Source: an uncultured Actinomycetes bacterium
Lineage (GTDB): Bacteria > Actinomycetota > Thermoleophilia > UBA2241
Assembly: GCA_963725665.1 (NCBI GenBank)
Contig: CAVRZA010000004.1
Coordinates: 480,001 to 544,000 of the forward strand
Reading direction: 5' to 3'
DNA: 64,000 nt
The position numbers were made by a program, and so were the translations under genes. The notes under the pieces are model-generated. The model worked only from the letters and a program-made list of their open reading frames with translations. It was not told where the DNA came from and did no database searches. Positions 1-9,089 of this stretch are shown in pieces (position 1 is the first letter of the stretch; the number at the start of each line of letters is the position of its first letter).

Positions 1-2
1 CC

Positions 3-1355
3 GTGTGGCAGATCGGGATCGTCGTCATCGGGGCTTTTCTCGCTCCCGCTGGTGTCTTCCTATTGAGCCTGTCGGGGATCTGGATGCAGGCCGCCCTGGC
101 GCCGATACTGGCCGGGCGCGCAGGACCCGAGGAGAGCGACGTGGGACCCGGTGCGGCCTCGATGCTCGAGTATCTGGAGGCGCTGCAAAGCTCGCAGACG
201 ACGACTGAGCTGGGTGCCGGCACGGTGGTCTCCAAGGAACCGCCGCCGCAAGAGCGCGCCGCCGGCGGCGCGCAAGCCGTGCCGGGGCTGGGCGTCGTCG
301 GCGACAAGGAGCGCCCGGTGTGGGAGCGCGGTTCGGGCGAGGACGAGCGCCCGGTGTGGGAGCGTGGAGGCGAGGTCACGCCGAGCGAGGCCGCCGTCGC
401 CGGCGGGCTCATCGCGGGTGGCGCGGCGCTCGAGGGTCTTGCCGGCGAACCTGCGGATGAGCTTCTGGGAAGCCAGTGGTTCGTGCACGGCGAACCCATC
501 GTCGATCTGGCCTGTCTGCACCGCGTGGAGCTCGTCGTGCTCGACGACAAGGGCGATGTGACCGTGTATCGCAGAGAGAAGGCCGTGCGCCGCAAGCGCC
601 TGGCCGTCTCGCGGCCGCTCGGCCTGGGCGTGGCTCTCGACGATCACTTGGTCTTGGTCGACGGCGACGGCCGCGTCGTCGAGTTCTCGCTCGCCGAAGA
701 GGACTACGGTGGGGAAGATGCTTCGAGTGGGCGGGCGCACATCGTGCACGCCGGCGTCACCGAGGCCATCGACTGCTTTGCCGTCAGCCCGTCGGGGACG
801 ATGGTCGCCTTCGCGGCCGCGGCGCGGCCGCAGGTCTCCGCCTTCTTCCTGAGCAGCGAGATCACCCGCGTGCTGGCCGACGGCGTCGGGCGGCCGTCGG
901 CCCTCGGCTTCGCCGCCGACGGCCGCCGCCTCGCCGTCGGCACAGCGACCGGCGACGTGCGCATCCTCGATGTGGGTGGGCAGGGAGTGACCGGCGAGCT
1001 GCGCGACAACCGCTTCGCGGGCAGTGCCGTGAGCGCCGTCGCCGGGGCGCGAGACGGCCGCTGGCTGGTGGCTTACGACAACGAGCGCCTGGCACTGTGG
1101 GGCGGCGAAGGAGAGCTGGTGCGCGACATCGACGCCGGGGCTGCTGTGGTCTGCCTCACGGTCGATGAGATCTCGGGCAGCGTCGCCTTTGGGACGTCGC
1201 GCGGTTCGGTGCGCGTCAGCGACACGGACCTGGATGAGGTGCTCGTCGACGGGCGCATGGCGTCCAGCGCCGTCAAGGGCGTCGTGTTCATGGGCACCGG
1301 CAGCGAGATCGTCTGCGCCGGCGCCGGCGGCGAGGTGCGCTACCTGGCGCTGTAG
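3..1355 (+). CDS. Membrane-anchored WD40-like beta-propeller protein (may be 5'-truncated at window edge)
   Basis: Hydrophobic N-terminal segment, then an acidic low-complexity linker, then WD-like blades (IDCFAVSPSGTMVA, ALGFAADGRRLAVGTATGDVRILD, VAFGTSRGSVRVSD, IVCAGAGGEVRY). Confidence 0.7.
   Translation: MWQIGIVVIGAFLAPAGVFLLSLSGIWMQAALAPILAGRAGPEESDVGPGAASMLEYLEALQSSQTTTELGAGTVVSKEPPPQERAAGGAQAVPGLGVVGDKERPVWERGSGEDERPVWERGGEVTPSEAAVAGGLIAGGAALEGLAGEPADELLGSQWFVHGEPIVDLACLHRVELVVLDDKGDVTVYRREKAVRRKRLAVSRPLGLGVALDDHLVLVDGDGRVVEFSLAEEDYGGEDASSGRAHIVHAGVTEAIDCFAVSPSGTMVAFAAAARPQVSAFFLSSEITRVLADGVGRPSALGFAADGRRLAVGTATGDVRILDVGGQGVTGELRDNRFAGSAVSAVAGARDGRWLVAYDNERLALWGGEGELVRDIDAGAAVVCLTVDEISGSVAFGTSRGSVRVSDTDLDEVLVDGRMASSAVKGVVFMGTGSEIVCAGAGGEVRYLAL
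309..364 (+). repeat. 20-bp direct repeat (36-bp period) encoding ERPVWERG twice
   Basis: gagcgcccggtgtgggagcg at 309-328 and 345-364. Confidence 0.85.
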
Positions 1356-1401
1356 TCGCTCGCCACGCCGCCGGCGCCCGTCACGCTGACGCCGCCGGTG
1401 T

Positions 1402-1773
1402 TCACCACCAACCGATGAGCCCGAGGCCGCGCTGCGCGCAGAGGCCGAAGAAGGCTTGCAGCATGCGGATCTCGTCGGGCGTGGGCGTGTACCGTTCGCC
1501 CAGGTCGAGACCCTCGGTGGCCGTCTCTGGATCGCACTTGGCGATCCGTGCTGCCATCGCGGCCATCGTCTCGGGCGGGATCCATTCCTGGTACAGCGAC
1601 TCCTCGGTGACCTCCATCACGAAGAGGTCGTAGACCTTGCCGCGGATCGAGGCGGCCCCGTCGCTGAACATCCCGCCGCAGAGCTCGATATCCGACTCGG
1701 CGAAGGCTCGCTCGTCCTCGGGTGTGAGGACGACGTCCTCGGGGATGCGCGAGACCAAGTTGTCGAGTCCCAT
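1402..1773 (-). CDS. Hypothetical acidic protein, 123 aa (MGLD...GWW)
   Basis: ATG start with upstream GGAG, GC3-rich codons, same strand as the YbjN-like gene upstream. Confidence 0.75.
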   Translation of the reverse strand: MGLDNLVSRIPEDVVLTPEDERAFAESDIELCGGMFSDGAASIRGKVYDLFVMEVTEESLYQEWIPPETMAAMAARIAKCDPETATEGLDLGERYTPTPDEIRMLQAFFGLCAQRGLGLIGWW

Positions 1774-1857
1774 TTGCGACTCCAGCCCTTCAGCGGGCGG
1801 CCAAGGGTCGAACGCGACGCGAGCCGCTTCTCGTGGCGCGACGAGACATGGAAGACA

Positions 1858-2292
1858 TCACAGCTCGCTGCGCTTCTTGCCGCCCCACTTCTCCTTGATT
1901 TGGTCGTCGTACTGGTTCGTGCTGATGGCCACCAGATGGACGGCGACCTCGAGCTCGGCCTGGTTGAGGAAGTCGCCCAGCAAGGCCTGCTCGAAGTGGA
2001 CCTCCTGGCGCTCGGTGTAGAGGGCCAGCTTGCCGAACAGCAGCTTGGCGTTCTCCTCCGAGAGGAAGATGCCCAAATCGCCGTCGATGCGCATGTCCTT
2101 GTTGCACAACGACTCGACCTTGACCACCGTGCGCCCGTCGGGCAGCTCGCGCGGCATGACGAAGACCTGGACTCCGTCCTCGAACATGAGCACGAAGTCC
2201 TGGTCCATGTCTATCATGTACTTGAGGCCGCAGGCCGTGAGGTAGTTCTTGCAGGTCTCGCGGAGTGCCTTGAGGTGCTCGGAGTCGGTCAC
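1858..2292 (-). CDS. YbjN / type III secretion chaperone-like fold protein
   Basis: 144 aa acidic protein; pattern LSEENAKLLFGKLAL...EVHFEQALLGDFLNQAELEVAV...NQYDDQIKEKWGG resembles YbjN-family proteins; AGGGAG SD upstream of GTG. Confidence 0.7.
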   Translation of the reverse strand: MTDSEHLKALRETCKNYLTACGLKYMIDMDQDFVLMFEDGVQVFVMPRELPDGRTVVKVESLCNKDMRIDGDLGIFLSEENAKLLFGKLALYTERQEVHFEQALLGDFLNQAELEVAVHLVAISTNQYDDQIKEKWGGKKRSEL

Positions 2293-2371
2293 GGTGGTCT
2301 CCCTTCGAGTCGCGTTGATCCGCGCGGCGGGGCCATCTGGCCTCGCGGCACGAGACGATCACGGTGCGCGC

Positions 2372-2815
2372 TCAGTCTGGGCCTTCCAGGTCCCAGCCGC
2401 ACTTGGCGCACCACTTGGCGCCGGGCTTGTTGGTCGCCCGACAATTGGGGTTGCGACAGACGAGGGAGGCGGGGCCGGCGGCCCCGCCTCCCTCGTCTTC
2501 CTGTGCCGCGCTGGTGCTGCATTCGACCAGTAGCACCTCGCTGGCGCCGATCTTGACGATGTTGCCCTGTGACATCTCACGAGTGCCGGTCGCCTGCTCG
2601 CCGTTGAGGGTGAACGTCTCGCCACACGTGAGCTTCACGCCCTCGCTGCCGACCTCGAACGCGACGTCGTCGAAGTCGCCGAGATCGGGCTTCTGCACCG
2701 GAGGCAGGTCGGCAATCTCGCTCCCCAGGCTGACGCCGCCGTGAGCGATCGTGAACGTCAGCCCGTCGTAGGGCCCCGACACGAACTCGAAGCGCGCGTG
2801 CCACTCGCCGCTCAA
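2372..2815 (-). CDS. Degenerate FHA-like domain plus C-terminal zinc ribbon protein
   Basis: SGPYDGLTFTI...VSLG...FTLNG...GNIVKIG follows the FHA beta-strand pattern; C-terminal CRNPNC-x10-CAKCG zinc ribbon; start overlaps the Clp ATPase stop codon. Confidence 0.65.
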   Translation of the reverse strand: MSGEWHARFEFVSGPYDGLTFTIAHGGVSLGSEIADLPPVQKPDLGDFDDVAFEVGSEGVKLTCGETFTLNGEQATGTREMSQGNIVKIGASEVLLVECSTSAAQEDEGGGAAGPASLVCRNPNCRATNKPGAKWCAKCGWDLEGPD

Positions 2816-5262
2816 GGCGCACCTTCCGCGGCTGGCTCCGACGGCTCTGCCGCCGGCCGAGGTACCTTGGCCGGCGGCTCGGCTCCCATGTCGCCGGGTT
2901 CGTTCGCCGGTAGGACGGTGAAGGTCAGCTTGCCGCGCTTCACGCCCAGACGCACACCGTCGTGTTCCCCGAGGGCGCCCTTGAGCAGCTCGTTGGAGAG
3001 GGGCTCGGCCACGAGGTCCTGGATCGCGCGCCGCAACGGTCGGGCGCCCATCGTCTCGTCTTGGTCGTGTTTGACGAGGAAGGCGAGCGCCTTCGCGTCG
3101 GCCTCGACGCGCATCGGCAGTCGAGTGAGCATCAGGCTGGCGATGCGCGCCAGGTCCGCATCGCCCAGGGGGTTGAAGACGATGATCTCGTCGAAGCGAT
3201 TGCGGAACTCGGGCGCGAAGGTGCGCGTCAGGTCCTCTGCTACGGCTGCCTTCACCTCGTCGGCCGTCAGCTTCTCCTTGAGGTCGACCCTGAAGCCGAT
3301 GAAGCGTCGCTTGCCGATGTTGCGCGAGCCCACGTTCGAGGTCATGACGATGACCGCGTTGCGGAAGTCGGCCACCCTGCCCAGCCCGTCGGTGAGTCGG
3401 CCTTCGTCCATCAGCCCGAGTAGCAGCTCGTGCACCGCCGTGTCTGCCTTCTCGAGCTCGTCGAAGAGGACCACCGAGTAGGGGTCGCGACGGATCGCTT
3501 CGGTCAGCATGCCGCCCATCTCGGAGTTGACGTAGCCCGGCGGCGAGCCGATCAGGCGTGAGATGAAGTGCTCGCTGTAGGACTCACTCATGTCGACGCG
3601 GATGAGGCGACTCTCGTCGTCGAAGAGCGCCTCGGCGAGCGACTTGGCGAGCTCCGTCTTGCCCACCCCTGTGGGGCCGAGGAAGAGGAAGCAGCCGATG
3701 GGCCGCATGGGATCGCCGAACGCCGTGCGTGCGGTGCGGATCGACTGCGCCACCGCCGCCACGGCGTGGTCCTGGCCGAGCACCCGATGTCGCAGGATGC
3801 CTTCCAGATCGAGCAGCCGCTCGGCCTCGGTGGCCTTCACCTTGCCCACGGGGATGCGGCGCCAGCTCGAGACCGCCAGCGCGACCTCGTCGGGGCCGAT
3901 CGTCAGCTTGGCGTCCGGCGACGACTCGGCGGTCCTCTCGAACAGCGTCCGCCGTTCCTCCGGCGACAGGTCGCTCAGGTCGAGGTCGCCGAGGCCGAGC
4001 CACTCGCGCATGCGGCTCTCGGCGCAACTGCGGTCGATCAGCTCCAGCGCCTTGTCGGGCAGACGGCGGTCGGTCACGTAGCGGATCGCCAGCTGGACGG
4101 CAGCCCGCAGGGCGTCGTCGGAGATGCTCACGTTGTGGAACTCCTCGTAGCGGGCGCGGAGGCCGGCCAGGATCTCCAGGGTGTCGTCGGCCGTCGGCTC
4201 GGGCACACGGACCATCGCGAAGCGGCGCTCGAGTGCCGGGTCCTTCTCGATGTTCTTGCGGTACTCGTCGTAGGTGGTCGCACCGATGACGGTGATCTCG
4301 CCGCGCGAGAGAGCCGGTTTGAGGATGTTGGCCGCGTCCATTGTGTCGTGCAGGCCGGTCGCGCCGGCGCCGACGAGCATGTGGATCTCGTCGATGAAGA
4401 GGATCAGCGAGGAGTCGTCGCGGGCCTCCTTGATGAGCGCCTGGAGCTTCTCCTCGAGCTGGCCGCGCACGCCGGTGCCGGCGACGATGTTGGCCACTTC
4501 GACCGTGCGGATGCGTTTGCCTTGCAGTTGCGGTGGCACGGTGCCGCGGGCGAGAAGCTGGGCGAGACCCTCGACGATGGCCGTCTTGCCGACGCCCGCC
4601 TCGCCCACCAGCACGGGGTTGTTCTTCTCGCTCTTGCAGAGGACGGAGATGATCTGCAGGAGCTCCATCTGGCGGCCGATGACCGGGCGCAGCTTGCCCT
4701 GCTTCGCGAGCTCGGTGAGGTCGCGGCCGAGCGTCTCCATGAGGTCGCTCGACGAGGCCAATTCGGGCTGTTCGACGGGCGTGCGGCCGCGGTAGGCGCT
4801 CTCCGTCCACTCGTAGGCGGCGATCATGTCGCGGACGGCTTGGGCGACGGCGGCGGGATCCGCGCCCATGCTCCCGAGGGTCCGCACGGGCAGGCTGTTC
4901 TCCTCGGCGAGGATGGCCAGCAGGATGTGGGGCGCCCAGACCACCTCGTCGGTGTTGCCCTCGGGCCGCACGGTGAGGGCGAGTTGCATCGCCGCCTCCA
5001 TGACCCGCTTAGCCCGTGGGGTCATCCCTACGTCGCTCTCCCCGGGGGGACCCTCCTGTCGAGCCGCTTCGCGCACGCGCCGCGCGGCCTCGTCGATGTC
5101 CACGCCGGCGGCGCCGCAGCGCAGGTGGATGTTCCTGTCGTCGAGAGCGACGACGCCCAGGAAGAGGTGCTCGACACCGAGGTGCCGATGGCCGAGTTCG
5201 GTGCGAGCACGCTCGGCGTGCGTTACGGCGAGTGTGGCCGAGTTACCCAGTTCAACGGCCAT
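2812..5262 (-). CDS. ClpA/ClpC-family AAA+ ATPase (Clp protease ATP-binding subunit)
   Basis: Two Clp-N repeats (EHLFLG, PHILLA); NBD1 GEAGVGKT and FIDEIH; NBD2 GPTGVGKT and LFDELEKA; RRLPDKA; GARPLRR; IGF-type ClpP loop (FIGF). Confidence 0.95.
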   Translation of the reverse strand: MAVELGNSATLAVTHAERARTELGHRHLGVEHLFLGVVALDDRNIHLRCGAAGVDIDEAARRVREAARQEGPPGESDVGMTPRAKRVMEAAMQLALTVRPEGNTDEVVWAPHILLAILAEENSLPVRTLGSMGADPAAVAQAVRDMIAAYEWTESAYRGRTPVEQPELASSSDLMETLGRDLTELAKQGKLRPVIGRQMELLQIISVLCKSEKNNPVLVGEAGVGKTAIVEGLAQLLARGTVPPQLQGKRIRTVEVANIVAGTGVRGQLEEKLQALIKEARDDSSLILFIDEIHMLVGAGATGLHDTMDAANILKPALSRGEITVIGATTYDEYRKNIEKDPALERRFAMVRVPEPTADDTLEILAGLRARYEEFHNVSISDDALRAAVQLAIRYVTDRRLPDKALELIDRSCAESRMREWLGLGDLDLSDLSPEERRTLFERTAESSPDAKLTIGPDEVALAVSSWRRIPVGKVKATEAERLLDLEGILRHRVLGQDHAVAAVAQSIRTARTAFGDPMRPIGCFLFLGPTGVGKTELAKSLAEALFDDESRLIRVDMSESYSEHFISRLIGSPPGYVNSEMGGMLTEAIRRDPYSVVLFDELEKADTAVHELLLGLMDEGRLTDGLGRVADFRNAVIVMTSNVGSRNIGKRRFIGFRVDLKEKLTADEVKAAVAEDLTRTFAPEFRNRFDEIIVFNPLGDADLARIASLMLTRLPMRVEADAKALAFLVKHDQDETMGARPLRRAIQDLVAEPLSNELLKGALGEHDGVRLGVKRGKLTFTVLPANEPGDMGAEPPAKVPRPAAEPSEPAAEGAP

Positions 5263-5308
5263 GGATCCCCTTTCCGCGGCCTGTCAGACGAGCGGCCGCT
5301 CAGTCCCG

Positions 5309-5330
5309 ACTATACCAGGCGTTGCCTGGT
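5309..5330 (-). promoter_or_regulatory. Extended -10 (TGG-TATAGT) for the clp operon with overlapping 7-bp inverted repeat
   Basis: Minus-strand TGGTATAGT at 5309-5317; ACCAGGC-gtt-GCCTGGT at 5314-5330. Confidence 0.5.
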
Positions 5331-5478
5331 GCTTGCGCTTTCGGACCCCGGCGAGACGGCCGCGCGTTCTCGGCGACCTGGTCGCGTCCGGTCTGAGGTC
5401 GGCATCGGCCTGGAGAGGCTCCCTGGTGCGATAGAGTTGCCGACGGCAGGCCCGCGAGACTCCCGAGGAGGTCGCTCG

Positions 5479-6252
<774 letters not shown>

Positions 6253-6340
6253 CAGCACGTTCCGCAGGCGCGACGCTGCGCGGCGCCGCCCGACGCCTGC
6301 GCGACATCCCGCGCTGCTCCGGCCCTCAGCTGCGGTCGCC

Positions 6341-7201
6341 TTAGCTGAGCCCGCGCCCCTTGGCCATACCCTGCTTGGCGGTCGCCGCCAACAGGCGGCG
6401 TAGGACCTCCGCGATGCCGCTGACGCCGTCGACCCAGACATCGCTCGTCTCGCGCACGCGCGCCGGCGTCTCGTCGCTCACGGCCGCCACGCCGATAGCC
6501 GCTCGCTCGGGCCTGTTGCGCACCCAGACACGGAGGGCGGCGAAGCCGCTCGTGTCGGTGAGGTCGTCGCCGAGGAAGAAGGCCGTGGTGTAGCTCTCAC
6601 GTCCCAGCAGCGCCAGTGCGGCCGTGCCCTTTGTGACCTCCACCGGCGGGCGCACCTCGATCACCTGCTTCCCCGTGGTCACCGCGAGCCCGGCCTGACG
6701 TGCCGGCGCGACGATCTGCTGCCCGATGGCGCGCAACGCCGCGTCTTCGTCGTTCGCCAGCCGGTAGTGCGCCGCCAGGACGCTGCGCTTGTTCTCAAGG
6801 ACGATCCCGAGCGCTTCGAGCTCGGCCGTGCGGAGGCCGGCGACGATGGCCTGCACACGCGGCACGTACGGGTCCGCTCCGGGGTCCGTCTGCACCACGC
6901 CGGCGGGGTCCATGAGCTCGAGGCCGTGCGTGCCGATGTAGAAGGTGTTCTTGAGGCGTACGAGCCGGGCTCCGTCGAGGACGGCCCGACCGGTGACGAA
7001 GCAGAGGAGACCGAGGCGCGACGTGAGCGTCGCGAGCGCCGCGCGCTGCCGTTCGGGGACCACGGCGTCGGACGGCCGCGGCGCGATGGGGGAGATGGTG
7101 CCGTCGATGTCGCAGAACAGCGCCGTGGCGGCGGGGTCGAGCGCCACCGCCGCGAGGCCTTCTTCGAGCCGTTCCTCACCGTGCAAGATCAAGCCTGTCA
7201 T
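6341..7201 (-). CDS. otsB: Trehalose-6-phosphate phosphatase (HAD family)
   Basis: DIDGTISPI, TGR, GTHGLE, ENK, EVRPP..KG and GDDLTD motifs. Confidence 0.88.
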   Translation of the reverse strand: MTGLILHGEERLEEGLAAVALDPAATALFCDIDGTISPIAPRPSDAVVPERQRAALATLTSRLGLLCFVTGRAVLDGARLVRLKNTFYIGTHGLELMDPAGVVQTDPGADPYVPRVQAIVAGLRTAELEALGIVLENKRSVLAAHYRLANDEDAALRAIGQQIVAPARQAGLAVTTGKQVIEVRPPVEVTKGTAALALLGRESYTTAFFLGDDLTDTSGFAALRVWVRNRPERAAIGVAAVSDETPARVRETSDVWVDGVSGIAEVLRRLLAATAKQGMAKGRGLS

Positions 7202-7342
7202 GGGTGCATCTCCTCGGTCGAGGCGCGGCTGCAGCCGACACCGGGCCGCGCCTAAGGGTATCGGAAGCTCTCTCCGCCCGCTACAGACGGCTTGCGAAAG
7301 GCTTCGTCTCCGGCGCGCGCAACGTTAAGGAACAGACGGGCG

Positions 7343-8033
7343 ATGCCGACACCTTCGGGCATGGACGAGGTCGCCACGGAGAGCCTCGATGCCGCCGCCG
7401 GCCGACGCGGCCGCCGCCGTGGCGAGCGTCGTTGCCGACGAGCGTGCCGATCCCTACCTCAAGTCGATGCTCCTCAGCCTCATCGAGGAGAGCTATCTGC
7501 ACAGCGGCACCTTCACGCAGTTCGCCGCCGAGGTGCTCAAGGTCCTCGCCTACGCCGTGACGGTACCGGTCGCCTTCACCGAGGGCTTCTTGCGCGCCTA
7601 CCTCTCCATCGAACGCATCGAGGAGACCGACGAGGGCCGCATCAAGATCGTGCCCAAGGCCGACGCGAGCGAGGAGGACTGGATCCGCGACGTCGACCAG
7701 ATCACGGCCCAGGTCGACCCCAGCGCCGTGTTCAACCCCATCGTGCGCTCGAAGCTTGAGGCGGTCCACGACGCGTCGAGCAAGGTCATGCATTACGACC
7801 TCGACCAGCTCTCGAGGATGTCCGACGGCCAGCTCATGGACGTGCTGCGCCAGATGCAGAAGGAGTCCGAGGAGCTGGACGGCGAGGGGCCTCCCGAGGA
7901 GGAAGCCACCGACTACGTGCGCGCCAAGCTGGCGACGATCCGGCGCAACGTGCGCCAGTTCCAGGCCCAGGCGAAGCGCGCCGAGGAGGCCATCGACCGT
8001 GGCCTCGACGAGGAGAAGGACACGGATGACTGA
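7343..8033 (+). CDS. Hypothetical acidic alpha-helical protein; probable extra base near 7400 (intact ORF 7389-8033)
   Basis: Strong GC3 bias. AAGGAA SD-like sequence precedes ATG 7343 (MPTPSGMDEVATESLDAAA), which joins the main frame if one G near 7400 is removed. Confidence 0.65.
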
Positions 8034-8176
8034 GCGCACCTGCAGCCCCGCGTGCGTGCCTCCGCCGCCGCCCGCGGCTGCTTGACCCCGTAGCCTGCGA
8101 CCGGAATACTAGCCCGGCGCGAGGGCACCCTCGCGCTCCCCGCGACCGCGGGCAGGAGTGAAGGGAAGGAGAGCTC

Positions 8177-9088
8177 CTGGAGCGGTTCTCCGACAGGCTC
8201 GCCGCGCGCGTCCTGGCGACCGGCAGCGTCGTCTGCGTCGGTCTCGACCCCGATCTGGCCCGCATGCCGCCCGCCCTGGTGCGCAAGTACAGCCATCGGG
8301 CGGCCACGATCGACGACGCCCAGGCGGTGGCCCTCTGCTTCGAGGAGTTCTGCTGCGGGATCATCGACGTCGTGGCCGATAGCGCGCCCGTGGTCAAGCC
8401 TCAGGCCGCTTTCTTCGAGCAGTGCGGGGCGCCTGGCTGGATCGCGCTGCGCGCCGTCGTCGAGCACGCGCAGCGTCGCGGCCTGCTGGTCATCGTCGAC
8501 GCCAAGCGCGGCGACATCGCCTCGACGGCGACGGCCTACGCGCGAGCCCTCTTCGGCGGCGCGCCGGGTTTCAACGGCGAGCTCGCCGGCCTGGGCGCCG
8601 ACGCCGTCACGCTGAGCCCCTACCTGGGTGCGGATTCGCTGGCCCCCTTCATCGAGTACTGCGAGCGTGGCAAGGGCGTCTTCGTCCTGGCGCGCACGAG
8701 CAACCCGGGGGCGGCCGATCTCCAGGAGCGCGAGAGCGGGGAGCGTCCCCTGTTCGCCCACGTGGCCGCGATGATCCGCCGCCTGGGCGAGCCCCACGTC
8801 GGCCGCTACGGCTTCAGCGATGTGGGCGCCGTGGTAGGGGCGACGGCGCCCGACGCCCTGCGTTCGCTGCGCCCGGAGCTGCCGAAGAGCTTCTTCCTCG
8901 TGCCCGGCTACGGTGCGCAAGGGGGTGACGCCGCCGCGCTCGCCGGGCTCGGCGACGAGCGGGGCCTCGGCTTTATAGTCAACGCTTCGCGGTCTATCAT
9001 CTACGCCTGGCAGGAGACCGGGGCCGAGTACCAGCTCGCCGCCGCCGAGGCCGTGGCGGTCATGAAGGCAGAGCTGGCTGGGGTGTGA
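8177..9088 (+). CDS. pyrF: Orotidine-5'-phosphate decarboxylase (type 2)
   Basis: VCVGLDP, KPQAAFFE, DAKRGDIAST, RTSNPG, LVPGYGAQGG and NASRSI. The conserved N-terminus lies upstream of ATG 8264, implying a CTG start at 8177 after AAGGAGA. Confidence 0.92.
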   Translation: MERFSDRLAARVLATGSVVCVGLDPDLARMPPALVRKYSHRAATIDDAQAVALCFEEFCCGIIDVVADSAPVVKPQAAFFEQCGAPGWIALRAVVEHAQRRGLLVIVDAKRGDIASTATAYARALFGGAPGFNGELAGLGADAVTLSPYLGADSLAPFIEYCERGKGVFVLARTSNPGAADLQERESGERPLFAHVAAMIRRLGEPHVGRYGFSDVGAVVGATAPDALRSLRPELPKSFFLVPGYGAQGGDAAALAGLGDERGLGFIVNASRSIIYAWQETGAEYQLAAAEAVAVMKAELAGV

Positions 9089-9089
9089 G

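Noticed and set aside
2372-5262. Type VI secretion locus (ClpV plus FHA)
   Set aside because: No tssB/C, hcp, vgrG or baseplate genes in the window, and the ATPase keeps an IGF ClpP-docking loop that ClpV lacks.
3568-5478. 894-aa ORF giving the enoyl-CoA hydratase a huge N-terminal extension
   Set aside because: Antisense shadow of the Clp gene in high-GC DNA; the real start is ATG 5479 with a strong SD.
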